Source: Lepidodermella squamata (taxonomy: Eukaryota > Animalia > Gastrotricha). Taken from it: a DNA stretch of 64,000 bases. The notes beneath the pieces are model-generated. The model was not told the origin of the DNA and did no database searches. It was given only the letters and a program-made list of their open reading frames with translations. This document shows positions 25,295-36,210 of this stretch, in pieces; within the stretch, counting starts at the first letter, position 1, and each line of letters opens with the position of its first letter. A program made the position numbers and the translations under genes. The DNA lies in NCBI GenBank assembly GCA_047495785.1, contig JBLDXI010000033.1, positions 1,240,001 through 1,304,000 of the forward strand. The letters are read 5' to 3'.

Positions 25295-26533
25295 GCCTGT
25301 AAAGCAACTTTTTTTCCGCTGTCAACTCGAAAAATGAAGTTTTAATTGTTGAGAGGAGGAGAACCGAGCTGCGGTTACGTTGGCAAATACACTACCACTG
25401 CTGAGCAGCTCTAAACATCTGGCGCAGACTTATCGTCATACACAAAGCTCCATAGTTCCTGCTATAGTAAAAATACATCATAGTTGCAATGTGTGAGATG
25501 ATCGCAAAGGAATTAATTTTTTATTATTCCATAAATTACTCCGATAATTCAATATTGTGCGGCTTTTGTTGTGCGTCTATCTACAGCAAAACAGCGAGGG
25601 ACAACTTTATTAGGAGATGTACTGTCGTGCGAAAAACAGCGCGTTCTCTATCAACAGACTATATTAGGAGAGCGAATTATCAGGTCTGCGAAATTATTTC
25701 TTTGAACGTCGTCAATTATTAATAGGTAGGTAGCTAAGCCTAAGTCATTCCAATCCTGATGGCCGTGGTAGAGTGAATGACGGCATTCTATCAGTCGGAT
25801 TGTAAGGAGGGAGTAGACTGCCAGCCGATTCCTTGTCTTCATTTTGCGATTCCTGTTTGAAGAGAAGACATTTCTTATTGCTGCGTCACATTCAGCAAAA
25901 TAATGTTGCGAGATCATCGAATTCTAAATAAAATATTGCTATCGTTTTTTTCTCGAGTTCTTCGGGGGCGAATTTGTTGATTGCGCCATCCGTGGTAATA
26001 GCCTGGAAACCAGCTTTCCAGTGGTGCCAAATGAAAGGATTTTGAGGTTACACCTGATTTTTTATCATTTTAATGAGTAGCATGTCTCAAAATGGGATGC
26101 TAATGAGATAATTGGTACCACTGTCCACATAGCCTACACGTGCTACAATTTTTATAAAATCAGGATACCTATAAAAGTAAACTCTTGCTCAGCGATCGGC
26201 CCTTAAATAGCCCTTTTATACCCTGAAGATGGCAAAATACCAATAATTTTTTATTATTTAATATTTTCTTGACACAAAAAACATGGTTCCGAAAACACGG
26301 AAGTCACCAGGATATGAAAACTCACTACTCGAGTTCGAACATAGAAGATTATTTAGTTTCCAAAATTAGCTCCCTTAATCGTGTCGCTCTATATCTTGCC
26401 GGCTAACCAAGATAAGTGGAAAGTGTATTGCCAATTTGATAAGAATTCAGCGGCTTAATAGGTCAGTTTTAGTGCTTTTTTCCAAATTGCCGAGCTTTTG
26501 TCATTCCAAAAATTACGATTAAAAGGCTAAATA

Positions 26534-27596
26534 ATGTCCACGATTTCAAAGCTTGTGTATAGCCAATACGGAAATCCGGCCGATGTCCTGTCTTTGGTTG
26601 AAGAGCCAAGTATAGCGTCGACCGAACTACAGCCAGGTGAAGCCCACGTCAAAGTCTTATTCTCACCGGTGAATCCAAGCGACACCTTGGTAATCCAAGG
26701 CCGATACCCAGCTCGGCCGCCTCTGCCCTCGACCCCAGGCAACGAATGTGTGGCTGAAGTTGTTCGATCTTCAACGGGCCAGTTCAAGCCTGGAGATCGA
26801 GTCCTAGTTCGCCAAAGGTTCTGGGGCGCCTACCGTCAGGAGGGCATCGCTAACGAAGTGAACCTGTTCCCGGTACCAAAAGAGTTGCCACTAGAAGCCG
26901 CAGCTACCTTAATCGTCAACCCTTGCACAGCTTATCTAATGGTCAAGTATATCGTCCCTCTAGCCCCGGGTGATGTTTTGATTCAAAATGGAGCTAACTC
27001 AGCCTTAGGTCAGATTGTCATCCAGCTGGCAAAGGCTGCTGGTATCAAAACAATCAACGTGGTGCGAGACAGGCCGAATTTACAGGATCTTGTCAAATTT
27101 TTGAAGGAGCTTGGAGCTGATGAGGTTATCACCTCGGATCAGTTGAAAGGTGGTCTGGCAAAGCTGAACCTAGGTCTCCCAGCGCCAAAATTAGCTTTGG
27201 AATGTGTTGGAGGTGAAGCTTCTATTCATCTGGCTTCATCGTTAGCCGAGGGTGGTACCCTGGCCAATTATGGTTTGTTAACCGAGGCACCACTAATGGT
27301 TTCTCAACAGGAGCTGATTTTCCGAAACATCAAGGTTCGAGGATTTTGGCTGTCTCAGTAAGTTCGATAATTTTACAATTTTATGTTTCATTTTTTTTTA
27401 TTTTTTTTTCAGATGGATAGCTGAGAATAAGCCGGAGGATTTCAAGCAGGTTGTGAAAGACGTGATTGAGTTGTATCTTACGAAAAAATTGCGACTGCCG
27501 GCTTTCAAGATTTTCCCGTTGGCCCAATTCAAGGAGGCTGCCAATCATGCCCTGGCTGGCTTTACAAATGAGAAAGTGTTGATAAAATTCAATTAA
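26534..27596 (+). CDS. MECR/Etr1-like trans-2-enoyl reductase (zinc-free MDR family), copy 1
   Basis: PVNPSD...GRY, PGNECV, AATLIVNPCTAY, QNGANSALG, INVVRDR, RGFWL; single intron near 3' end. Confidence 0.92.
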
Positions 27597-27902
27597 AAAA
27601 ACTATGAAAGCTTCAGTCCCACAGAGCTGAAAATTATGGATTAAAATCATGTAATTTAAGGAGGAATAAAAAATGATAATTGCGACGGGAAATTAGTAAA
27701 TAAAACTTCACCCGAATTTGAAAATCAGTGTTGCTGTTTGTTACTTGAAGCGAAAAGCCGCTGTTATGAGAGTTGATACCTTTAAATGTTGCTCGCTATT
27801 GTAAGCGGGTGCACTTGAAACTAAAAACTTAGGTACTGAATTGTATCAACATAAGATTGTAAGGCAAAAGCCTACACTTTTTCACAACACAAACAACGAT
27901 GA

Positions 27903-28906
27903 ATGGCTATAGGAAAATTAAATCCTGTTGCCCTGTTATTCAGACGGCCTTCACGTCCTAAGCTTGTCAAATTTATCGGAATTTGCCTCATCAGCATAAT
28001 ATTTTTCCTGATAATTATTTACTGGAATTCGATTTTAATATTTTGGGAAGACACCGAGATTACTGGCGAATGTGGAATTTTAGCGAGATTCTACGATGAC
28101 TCCGACCCTGATGGTAAAATTACCAAACTCGGGGTCCTGATAATGGCGACTGGGCGCTATGCCAATTACACGATCCCTTTGGTTGAATCTGGCCGGAAGT
28201 TTTTGCTAACAAACAAACGCCGTTACAAGGTGCAATATTTCATTTTTACTGATCATGCGGACGAAGCAGCTCAGGGTGACGATGTAACAATCATTTATCA
28301 AAAAAGACTGGGCTGGCCATCAGATACTCTTTGGAGACACTCAATTTACCTTCAAAATTCCGAGATTTTCGAAAAAGTGAGCCGTTTTTTTCAAGAGGTA
28401 TATTATCAATTTCTCCAATATAGATGGGGATGGATTATTTGTTATCTCTGGACGCCGACATGCGTATCGTTCATTGTATCGGGAGTGAAATTTTGGGTAA
28501 CCTCGTCGTCGCCCGGCACCCTGGGTTTTTCTATTACCGAGCTAATGTCAAGTTCCCATTCGAGCGCAACAAGACATCGTGCGCGTACGTCGACCCGGCA
28601 GACCACCGCGCAAATGAAGGCTACTTTTGCGGCGGAGTTTTCGGCGGCTTGCGCGGTCACGTGATGCACCTGTGCCGCGAGACAACTGATTGCATCAATG
28701 CTGATTTAGCGAGGAACAACTACGTCGCGGTTTGGCATGATGAGTCGCACTTGAATAAGTACATCGTTGATCACCCTGCTACAACAGTTTTATCAACTTC
28801 TTATTGCTACGCCGAGGACTATGTTCAACCGTTTGAACCGAAAATTTTAGCTTTAGCGAAAAATCACAAAGGAATGCGAGCCAAACGACACGCGGAGACA
28901 TTATAA
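27903..28906 (+). CDS. Glycosyltransferase family 6 (ABO/alpha-1,3-Gal/GalNAc transferase-like), type II membrane protein; intron 28377-28423
   Basis: N-terminal TM anchor; MATGRY, YFIFTD, DAD (DxD), HPGF, YFCGGVFGG, WHDESHLNKY, ALAKNH. Confidence 0.92.
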
Positions 28907-28987
28907 TTAAAGAATAACAAATTCCGGAAAATTTTATTCTGAATTTTTTTTCTCGCTTTTTTCTAAACAATTCTCAAATTTGAAAGA

Positions 28988-29024
28988 AACACTGTTGCAA
29001 CAACTTGTGGCCCTGAAAAGGGCC
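28988..29024 (-). promoter_or_regulatory. H2B histone 3' stem-loop plus conserved downstream element
   Basis: Minus strand GGCCCTTTTCAGGGCC ACAA GTTG TTGCAACAGTGTT. Confidence 0.9.
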
Positions 29025-29065
29025 GGTTCGGAGTCAGAAGACGGTGTTGATGTCTTCAAAGCAGC

Positions 29066-29440
29066 TTATTTCGAGCTGGTGTACTTGGTGACGGCCTTGG
29101 TGCCTTCCGAGACGGCGTGTTTGGCGAGCTCACCAGGCAGCAGGAGACGAACAGCCGTTTGTACCTCTCGACTGCTGATGGTGGCCTTCTTGTTGTAGTG
29201 GGCCAGGCGCGACGACTCTAGGGCGATGCGCTCGAAGATGTCGTTAACGAACGAGTTCATGATGGCCATGGCCTTGCCGGAGATGCCGGTGTCAGGGTGC
29301 ACCTGCTTCAACACCTTGTAGATGTAGATGTTGTACGACTCGCGGCGGCGATGGCGCTTCTTCTTCTCGCCGGCCGTCTTCGGCTTCGCGGCCTTCTTCG
29401 AACCCTTCGACGCGACTTTACCAGTAACCTTGGGCGACAT
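29066..29440 (-). CDS. H2B: Histone H2B (replication-dependent type)
   Basis: [21 protein letters not shown]...AVTKYTSSK; intronless; 3' stem-loop. Confidence 0.99.
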   Translation of the reverse strand: MSPKVTGKVASKGSKKAAKPKTAGEKKKRHRRRESYNIYIYKVLKQVHPDTGISGKAMAIMNSFVNDIFERIALESSRLAHYNKKATISSREVQTAVRLLLPGELAKHAVSEGTKAVTKYTSSK

Positions 29441-29804
29441 GGTGGCTTATTGATATTTCAAGCGTTGATTAAGTGAAATATTGATACAACTTCCGAACAA
29501 TCTGAGCACGCAATTTCGCTTTCATTTTAACATCCGGTCGGCATTAGTGCGCGCGTCTGGTTCGCATTAATGACACGTGCCAAAAAGTGTGCAATAATTG
29601 TAAAAACGCGAGCGCGGTAAAAAAAACGTAATCTAATTGGCTAATAAAGCAATAAACATTTATTTCAAAATTTGAATCGCGGACCGGGAAATTAATGCCA
29701 GCCGTGGTATTTAAGGGAAAATCAGGTGTTCGGTAAATTTGTTCGTGCTCAGACTGCAATTCGCATTCTTAAGCTTTTAAAACTCATCAACAACAACATC
29801 AATA

Positions 29805-30248
29805 ATGTCCGCTCCAGCTGCTGGTCGTGGTAAGGGAGGCAAGGCCAACCGCCAGAAGGCGAAGACCAAGTCATCGCGAGCCGGTCTCCAATTTCCGGTC
29901 GGTCGTATCACCCGTTTGTTGAAGCGCGGTAACTACGCCGAGCGCGTCGGTGCAGGTGCGCCCGTGTACCTCGCCGCCGTCATGGAGTACCTGGCTGCGG
30001 AAGTGCTCGAGTTGGCCGGTAACGCCGCTCGTGATAACAAGAAGACCCGCATCGTACCTCGCCACATCCAACTGGCGATCCGCAACGACGAGGAGTTGAA
30101 CAAGCTGCTGTCGCACGTTACGATTGCCCAAGGCGGTGTTCTGCCCAACATCCAGACCGTCTTGCTGCCGAAGAAGACCGCCGAGGCACCCGCTGCCAAG
30201 CCGGCTTCAGGTGGCAAGAAGAAGGCCGCCGCTAGCCAGTCTCAATAA
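29805..30248 (+). CDS. H2A: Histone H2A with extended C-terminal tail ending SQSQ
   Basis: [12 protein letters not shown]...LLPKKT then [22 protein letters not shown]; divergent from H2B; 3' stem-loop. Confidence 0.98.
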   Translation: MSAPAAGRGKGGKANRQKAKTKSSRAGLQFPVGRITRLLKRGNYAERVGAGAPVYLAAVMEYLAAEVLELAGNAARDNKKTRIVPRHIQLAIRNDEELNKLLSHVTIAQGGVLPNIQTVLLPKKTAEAPAAKPASGGKKKAAASQSQ

Positions 30249-30292
30249 GCGACTCACTTCCATCTCATCGCAGCTTTTGAAAAGCATGAACC

Positions 30293-30329
30293 GGCCCTTT
30301 TCAGGGCCACAAGTTGTTGCAACAGTGTT
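30293..30329 (+). promoter_or_regulatory. H2A histone 3' stem-loop plus conserved downstream element
   Basis: GGCCCTTTTCAGGGCC ACAA GTTG TTGCAACAGTGTT. Confidence 0.9.
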
Positions 30330-31008
30330 CGAAGAAATTTCAAGGGAAATGTTGATTGGTGAAATAAAATTGGAAAAAGATAAATTTAGATGAATAGGTA
30401 AATAAATGCTTCCTTTAGTTATGGAAATACAGTGAAAATACGAGAAGAAATTAGACTTGTAAAATTCACTTGCGAAACGTGTGATTTGAGCTTAATGACT
30501 CCCGGCCTAGGCTACACACGCGAACTTTATAACTTCACCTTCGAATTCTACTTATCAGCGAGTCGCCTTTCAGCCTAAAAACTTGAGGGCCACCACTGAT
30601 ATCTGTCTGCCAAGCTAATTGTATTTATAAAGAACTATTTCTTTTTTTCAACTTTTTGTTCCGGTTCTACTAGCTTTGCCCCAATAACAGCAGTGCTATT
30701 TGCCTCTGTTAGTTTTCTCCAATTCGTAAGTTTTCCCCGACTTTAAGTGCTGCCAAATTTCGTTTTTAGTGATTATTTACTTTTTAAAGTCACTTTAAAT
30801 TCACTTTTCATTCAGGAAAAAATTAGTATACTAAACTTTTTTTTCCAGTTTTCCCGATCCGAGAATTTGGGCTCAAAGTCCAAATTTTGCCTTGTAATAT
30901 TTTCTGAAATAAAAACTTTTTTCCTTGAAATTTTCTTTTCTTTTCGACCTTGCGGTTCGGAATTAAATCTAAATTTTATTGGCCCATCCTCTCTTCTCTT
31001 CTTTCTCC

Positions 31009-33123
31009 ATGATCACCGTTTCTAAAACGGCTGATCTTCTTATGCGTTTCGACGGTGAAGGCGAAATGCCTGAGCCTACTAACAGTGTGTCGCCCACTGC
31101 CCCGTCCGCAACGCCGCAGCTTGCCGAGTTCCTGATCCAGGCTGGTCCTCAGCCTAGTACTAGTGTCCCCAAAAAAAGTAAGGGTGCAAGCGCTATGAAG
31201 TTAGGCTCGCAGGTTGACTCGACGTCCCTGTTAACAAAGAGCGGGAATGGTTCAAGTTTAGGGGTTTCAAGCGCTTCTCAGTTAGACTCGAGAGTTGACT
31301 CGATGTCCTCTGCGACTGGGCGCGGTTCAAGCTTTAAGGGGCCCTCTTCCACCACAGGTGAAGTTGTTAAACGTAAGTCTGACAGCTCACCTGAAAGTAA
31401 GATACGCAAGGTAGCCTCAACAGTGAGGTTATCTGATTCTTCCAACGAGGAGTCCGCTGCTGTCGACGAGAACCAGGAGATGGAAGCCGAAGACCAAGAA
31501 GAAGGCGAGTACGTCGACCCAATCGGTGACCTAAGCGACAGCGACCCCGATACCGACGGCGACGATGACGAGGATGACGATGAAGACGAAGATGGCGAAA
31601 TGGAGTGGACAACTATCAACGAAAACTCGAAGTCCAAGTTCCGTATCGTGATAGTCGACGGAATATCGCCGATTTTCTCGACCATCTACATGTGCCTAAG
31701 AGAACTGAACCGCGTGGCCCCAGACGTGAAACATGTTCGTGTCTGGGTGTATCCCCGTGGCGCTTTTGGCATGCTCTGCAAGGATTTAGCCAGCGTCAAC
31801 GCCGTCTTGAGCAAGGCCAACTGGCCTGAGAACGCCTTTGGCGGGAGAGCCCGACCACACAGGCCATCCAAGGTAGAGATTGATGAGGCACCAGGTGCCA
31901 AAGCGGTGTTGGAAGCGCAAGTCCCAACCGGCGAGCAAGCGGCGCGCATGGAAGCTCGAGCCAAGCATTTGGACGAAGACCGGCGTAAAGCCGTGTGTGT
32001 CAACTTCTTCGACGGGGCCTCTGTTGACGACATCCTCGACGGTTGGGAAGACGTCGTAGATCAGGTCTGGCCTATTAAAGGCACTACGACGTGCTTCGGG
32101 GTCCTCTGCAAATCGGTGCGTCTCTGTGAGGAACTCGTGGCCAGAGGGCGCGACTTTCTTGGCCTCCGCATAGCCGCTAGGGTGTGGCGATCCGACCCAG
32201 AGGTAGAGATATGCGGCAGGTGTCTCAACATCGGCCATCTCACTGGGAACTGTCGAGCAGCTCTCCGGTGTGCTACCTGTGGGCAAGAAGGCCACGACAG
32301 CAGTAGTTGCAGGCAACAGGCGAAGAGGTGTGCAAGGTGTGATGGAAGTCATTCCGGCTTCTACAGAGGTTGCCGTATCGTTAAGAACGAGGCCGAGCGT
32401 CGCCGCAAAGCCGATGAAGCCGAAGCCAGAGCCATCCGGAACCGAAGTGCCGGCGACGCCACCCTCCGAAATGGCATGTCATTCGCAGGAGCGACCGGAG
32501 GAAGACCAGTACCGCCACCAGTACCGCCACCAGTACCGCCACCAGTACCACCACCAGTACCGCCACCAGCACCACCAGGTTTCGAAGGATCTCAGCCCAA
32601 CCCAGGGCTAGCAACTCGCAACATTCAGCCGAACGACTCGCTATCAACAGCTGAGCGATCTGAACTAACAGCCTTGCGCTTCAGCGTAGCCGCACAGGCG
32701 GCTGAAATTGACCGATTGAACAACTCCGTCGAGCGCCTCACTGCCGCACTAGAGAGGCTGATGAATCAAGGTCTGCCAGCGCCACCAGTAGTCGCAGCAC
32801 AGCCTTTTCCGACACAAGAGATGGAGGATAGGCTGTTCAATAGGATTATGGACGCCTTCAACCGGGCCAAGATCGCAGGTGATATGCGGGCCCAAGCGTT
32901 CCCACAGCATATCATTGCTCGCCCAGCCATGATGGCTTCGCCGAACATGGCCGTCCAATCTCCTTCGCACTACAGCGTCGAAAATCAAACTTCACCACCC
33001 TTTCAATGGGACGCTGGTCAGCTTGGTCAACCCATGGTGATCCAGTCGCAGTTCAGCCAACAGCCTACTTTCGTTCAGCGACCATTCTCTGGAGTGCCCC
33101 TTCAATACTCCAATAATGCCTAG
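31009..33123 (+). CDS. LINE ORF1 gag-like nucleic-acid-binding protein
   Basis: Three zinc knuckles CGRCLNIGHLTGNC, CATCGQEGHDSSSC, CARCDGSHSGFYRGC; acidic tract; coiled-coil-like segment; first ATG at 31009. Confidence 0.9.
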   Translation: MITVSKTADLLMRFDGEGEMPEPTNSVSPTAPSATPQLAEFLIQAGPQPSTSVPKKSKGASAMKLGSQVDSTSLLTKSGNGSSLGVSSASQLDSRVDSMSSATGRGSSFKGPSSTTGEVVKRKSDSSPESKIRKVASTVRLSDSSNEESAAVDENQEMEAEDQEEGEYVDPIGDLSDSDPDTDGDDDEDDDEDEDGEMEWTTINENSKSKFRIVIVDGISPIFSTIYMCLRELNRVAPDVKHVRVWVYPRGAFGMLCKDLASVNAVLSKANWPENAFGGRARPHRPSKVEIDEAPGAKAVLEAQVPTGEQAARMEARAKHLDEDRRKAVCVNFFDGASVDDILDGWEDVVDQVWPIKGTTTCFGVLCKSVRLCEELVARGRDFLGLRIAARVWRSDPEVEICGRCLNIGHLTGNCRAALRCATCGQEGHDSSSCRQQAKRCARCDGSHSGFYRGCRIVKNEAERRRKADEAEARAIRNRSAGDATLRNGMSFAGATGGRPVPPPVPPPVPPPVPPPVPPPAPPGFEGSQPNPGLATRNIQPNDSLSTAERSELTALRFSVAAQAAEIDRLNNSVERLTAALERLMNQGLPAPPVVAAQPFPTQEMEDRLFNRIMDAFNRAKIAGDMRAQAFPQHIIARPAMMASPNMAVQSPSHYSVENQTSPPFQWDAGQLGQPMVIQSQFSQQPTFVQRPFSGVPLQYSNNA
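32507..32578 (+). repeat. 12-bp coding tandem repeat (CCAGTACCGCCA)n encoding PVPP repeats
   Basis: About six consecutive copies directly visible. Confidence 0.9.
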
Positions 33124-36100
33124 TCTTAGTACACTTAGAAAAAGTAGAATCATCGTAATCCAGTGGAATTGCCAGGGCATCAAGGCGAAAAGAGCTGAAC
33201 TTCTCCACATTATAGAGCAATATGGGCCTAATGTCATCCTGTTAAACGAGACATGGCTAAAGTTCGGCGAGAAATTCGACCTCCCTGGCTACACTGCTTT
33301 CCGCGTAGATAGACTAGGTGCGTCCGGGCTAAACTGTGGCGGCGTCGCAATCTTCATTAGTCAATCAAAGCCAATACTAGATTGTGCCGAAGTAAAGTTT
33401 GCGCCAGCCTCTAGAGGCGAGTGGCTTGCAGTTGAGCTGCTAGTAGGCGAAGTCAACGCCTCAACGAGAATTACGATTGCCACAGGGTACAATCCTTCAA
33501 ATAGCCCATTAGACACATCTTTCATTAGAGAGGTCTTGAGTGATCCGTCTACAAACTCGATCTTCGCTGGCGACTTGAACGCCTGGGCGGAGGAGCTAGG
33601 TTGCGCGGAATGGAACGTTCAGCGAACGGGAAGTGGCGGGCTCTTTTCGGAGTTCCTAAAAACCTCCCCTGTGGTATTGCATAGCTCACCAACTGCTCCC
33701 ACGCGGTTCAGGGAAGGTCACGTGTCGCGAGTCTTAGATGTGTGGCTAAGTTCACTGGCTGGTGATAAGTGTTTCAACCGTGCGCCTGCTGTTCTAGATT
33801 GCTATCGAAGCGATCATGCCGTCACTATCGCGGGCCTCACACTCGTGCTCCCGGAGCGGAACTCCTGTTCACCGTTGGCCAATGCCTCGGTGCCGGCAGC
33901 CGCTCGGGACGTTCGTTTCGATTTTTTGAACGCCGACTGGCCTGAATACCAGAGAGTATGCGCGGAGAAGATAGCGCCAGTCGTTCGCCCAAAAGGCGGG
34001 GACTCGGTCAGGGCGCTGGACGTCTTCGCCGCAAGTATCTCCGAGGTAATAATGAGTAGCGCGAAAACCACGCTAACTCGTGTGCCGGTGGCTAAATTGC
34101 CTAAGGTACGTCTAAGCCACGCTGTAAAGCGGGCTATCGAGGCAAGGAATCGGTGTGACAGGAAAAATCGGAACGAACGCTCTGCTGCGTCTAAAGCGGC
34201 TTTAAATGCTGCGACACGGCAGGTGGCGCGAGAGGTCGCGTTAGAGGCGGATAAAAAATGTCGGCGACGGTTGAACCACATAGCACAGCTTTTTCAGGCG
34301 CAGCAAGCTGCCCTGGCGTGGCAACACGCTCAGCGTATTTTGGGGGAATCGAAAGGCTCGCAACGCGTGATCCCCACCCTTGAATTAGCGAACGGGAAGA
34401 AGGTGACTGCAGACCCAGAGAAGGCGAGGGTTTTTGCTGAAAATTGGGCGCCGACGTTCCAGGCCGCGCCTCGTAGCTCACCGCACCAGGCGGACCAAGA
34501 ATTTTGGGACTCGATCGACCAAGCATGCGAGGTAGACGAAGAGCTCAACGCCTCTCTAACAATACCAGATAAGTTAGAGGTCATGATTTCTAGGAACGCC
34601 TTCAACTCCCAGCTTGCCCGGTTGAAGCTTAAAGCTCCTGGGGAAGATGGGATCCTCAACCCGTTGATTAAGAACGCCCCACCACCTCTCCTAGAGGCTA
34701 TCCTTCTCCTGTTTAATTTATCTTTGAACGCCGGCTATCTGCCAGCTGCTTGGAAAATTGGAATTGTGGTACCGGTGCCCAAGGCGGGGAAATCCCCACG
34801 GTCCCTGGATGGGTATAGGCCAGTTTCCTTAACCAGCTGCATGGCAAAGCTTCTGGAGGCCGTCGTGGCTGGGTTCATTCTCGAGTTCTGCTTGCGGAAC
34901 AAGATTTTGACGCCGAGCCAAGTCGGGTTCCAGAAGTGGCTGTCAGTTTTGGATGCCATCCTCAGGCTTATGCACGACATCACAGACGGTTTCGTGCATA
35001 AGGATGAGTTGGGCAGACCCGATAAATTAACTACAGTTGTGGCGTTCCTAGACTATAAGGCAGCTTTTGATTCCATATGGCACAACGGTTTACGCATGGT
35101 CTTAAAAGGCCTTGGCCTACCCGTGGCCGTTGTGCGATGGATCTCAGATTTTTTACGCGACAGGCGTATGCGAGTCAGAGTAGGTGATAGCTGTAGTGAG
35201 GATGTCGAAGTAGCTTGCGGAGTCCCTCAGGGATCACCATTATCCCCGATACTCTTCATCATCTACACATCTTCGTCCCTCCCAGCGGAGGTAGACAAGG
35301 ACGACGCCCTCAAAAGAACTGCCGCGGCGGCATACGCCGACGACCAGGCTGTGTGGGCTACTGGGCGACCGGCCCCACTCGCAACTGCTCGTGTCCAAGC
35401 GGCACTTCGGGTCACAGAACGCTGGTCTCAGCGCTGGAGACTTGACCTGAACCCGAGGAAGTGCGAGTGGGTCGCATTCGGCGCCAACGTCAACCACACA
35501 GCTGGTCAACTCCAGTTGGGAGGCATCTGCCTGCCTAGAGTGCAACAGTTCAAGTACCTAGGTGTTTGGCTGTCCAAGCACTTGTGCTGGACGCCGCACT
35601 TAGAGCACGTCAGCGCACGAGCCCTTCCTCGTATTTTCGCCCTTTTTCGTGGCAGGGTAAAGACTCACCCCACCTTGGGTCTCCTGTTCTACAAGAGCGT
35701 CATCCGGCCGCTGTTGGAATTCGGTGCCCCGGCGTTCGCCAACTCGAAGCCACAGTTCATCGAAAAACTGGCGGTCTTAGAACGGCGGGCCCTTAAGATC
35801 ATCTTGGGTCTCCCACGCCGGTGCCCGAATGAGATCTATCAGCGGCGGTTGAAGGCCACTTTTCCGGAGTTCCAGCTGATCGAAGAACGTTTGTCCACCC
35901 TATCGTTCAACTGCTTCAACAGGGCGCTTGAAGCAGGTAGCGTGCTAGGCGAAATAGTTCGTCAGAGTCGCGATAGGCCCGTGCCGGAGAGTATATCCCC
36001 AGTGCGTTTCTTTCTTGACCATCTATTGGGTCCGGTATGTGAAAGGCAATCGGTTCGGGTCCGGTTAAATCGTATTTTGTTATGTGCCGCAAGAGGCCCC

Positions 36101-36139
36101 GGTTCGAGTCCGGCTATGTTTTCTGTTTTCTTGTCCTAG
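33116..36139 (+). CDS. LINE ORF2: apurinic-like endonuclease plus reverse transcriptase
   Basis: QWNCQG, LNETW, AGDLNA, SDH; KAPGEDG, YRPVSLTS, AFDSIWH, GVPQGSPLSP, YADD, KYLGV; overlaps ORF1 by 8 nt; no RNase H evident. Confidence 0.97.
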   Translation: MPSLSTLRKSRIIVIQWNCQGIKAKRAELLHIIEQYGPNVILLNETWLKFGEKFDLPGYTAFRVDRLGASGLNCGGVAIFISQSKPILDCAEVKFAPASRGEWLAVELLVGEVNASTRITIATGYNPSNSPLDTSFIREVLSDPSTNSIFAGDLNAWAEELGCAEWNVQRTGSGGLFSEFLKTSPVVLHSSPTAPTRFREGHVSRVLDVWLSSLAGDKCFNRAPAVLDCYRSDHAVTIAGLTLVLPERNSCSPLANASVPAAARDVRFDFLNADWPEYQRVCAEKIAPVVRPKGGDSVRALDVFAASISEVIMSSAKTTLTRVPVAKLPKVRLSHAVKRAIEARNRCDRKNRNERSAASKAALNAATRQVAREVALEADKKCRRRLNHIAQLFQAQQAALAWQHAQRILGESKGSQRVIPTLELANGKKVTADPEKARVFAENWAPTFQAAPRSSPHQADQEFWDSIDQACEVDEELNASLTIPDKLEVMISRNAFNSQLARLKLKAPGEDGILNPLIKNAPPPLLEAILLLFNLSLNAGYLPAAWKIGIVVPVPKAGKSPRSLDGYRPVSLTSCMAKLLEAVVAGFILEFCLRNKILTPSQVGFQKWLSVLDAILRLMHDITDGFVHKDELGRPDKLTTVVAFLDYKAAFDSIWHNGLRMVLKGLGLPVAVVRWISDFLRDRRMRVRVGDSCSEDVEVACGVPQGSPLSPILFIIYTSSSLPAEVDKDDALKRTAAAAYADDQAVWATGRPAPLATARVQAALRVTERWSQRWRLDLNPRKCEWVAFGANVNHTAGQLQLGGICLPRVQQFKYLGVWLSKHLCWTPHLEHVSARALPRIFALFRGRVKTHPTLGLLFYKSVIRPLLEFGAPAFANSKPQFIEKLAVLERRALKIILGLPRRCPNEIYQRRLKATFPEFQLIEERLSTLSFNCFNRALEAGSVLGEIVRQSRDRPVPESISPVRFFLDHLLGPVCERQSVRVRLNRILLCAARGPGSSPAMFSVFLS

Positions 36140-36210
36140 ATCTTAGACTTTTTAAAATTGAATTGTAATGCCGAGGCATGGTCCTTAAGGCATGTTCTTA
36201 GTTTGCGGAT

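Noticed and set aside
25651-25917. Minus-strand 88-aa ORF as a possible TMEM8 ectodomain exon
   Set aside because: No EGF cysteine pattern or signal peptide, and it ends in a stop
30490-30625. Possible HDV-like ribozyme at the LINE 5' end (GCTAA motif, TAGGCT/AGCCTA pairing)
   Set aside because: Could not build P2/P3/P1.1 of the nested double pseudoknot by eye
36085-36120. tRNA gene
   Set aside because: Only a T-arm-like hairpin; no acceptor stem or D-arm, and it lies inside ORF2
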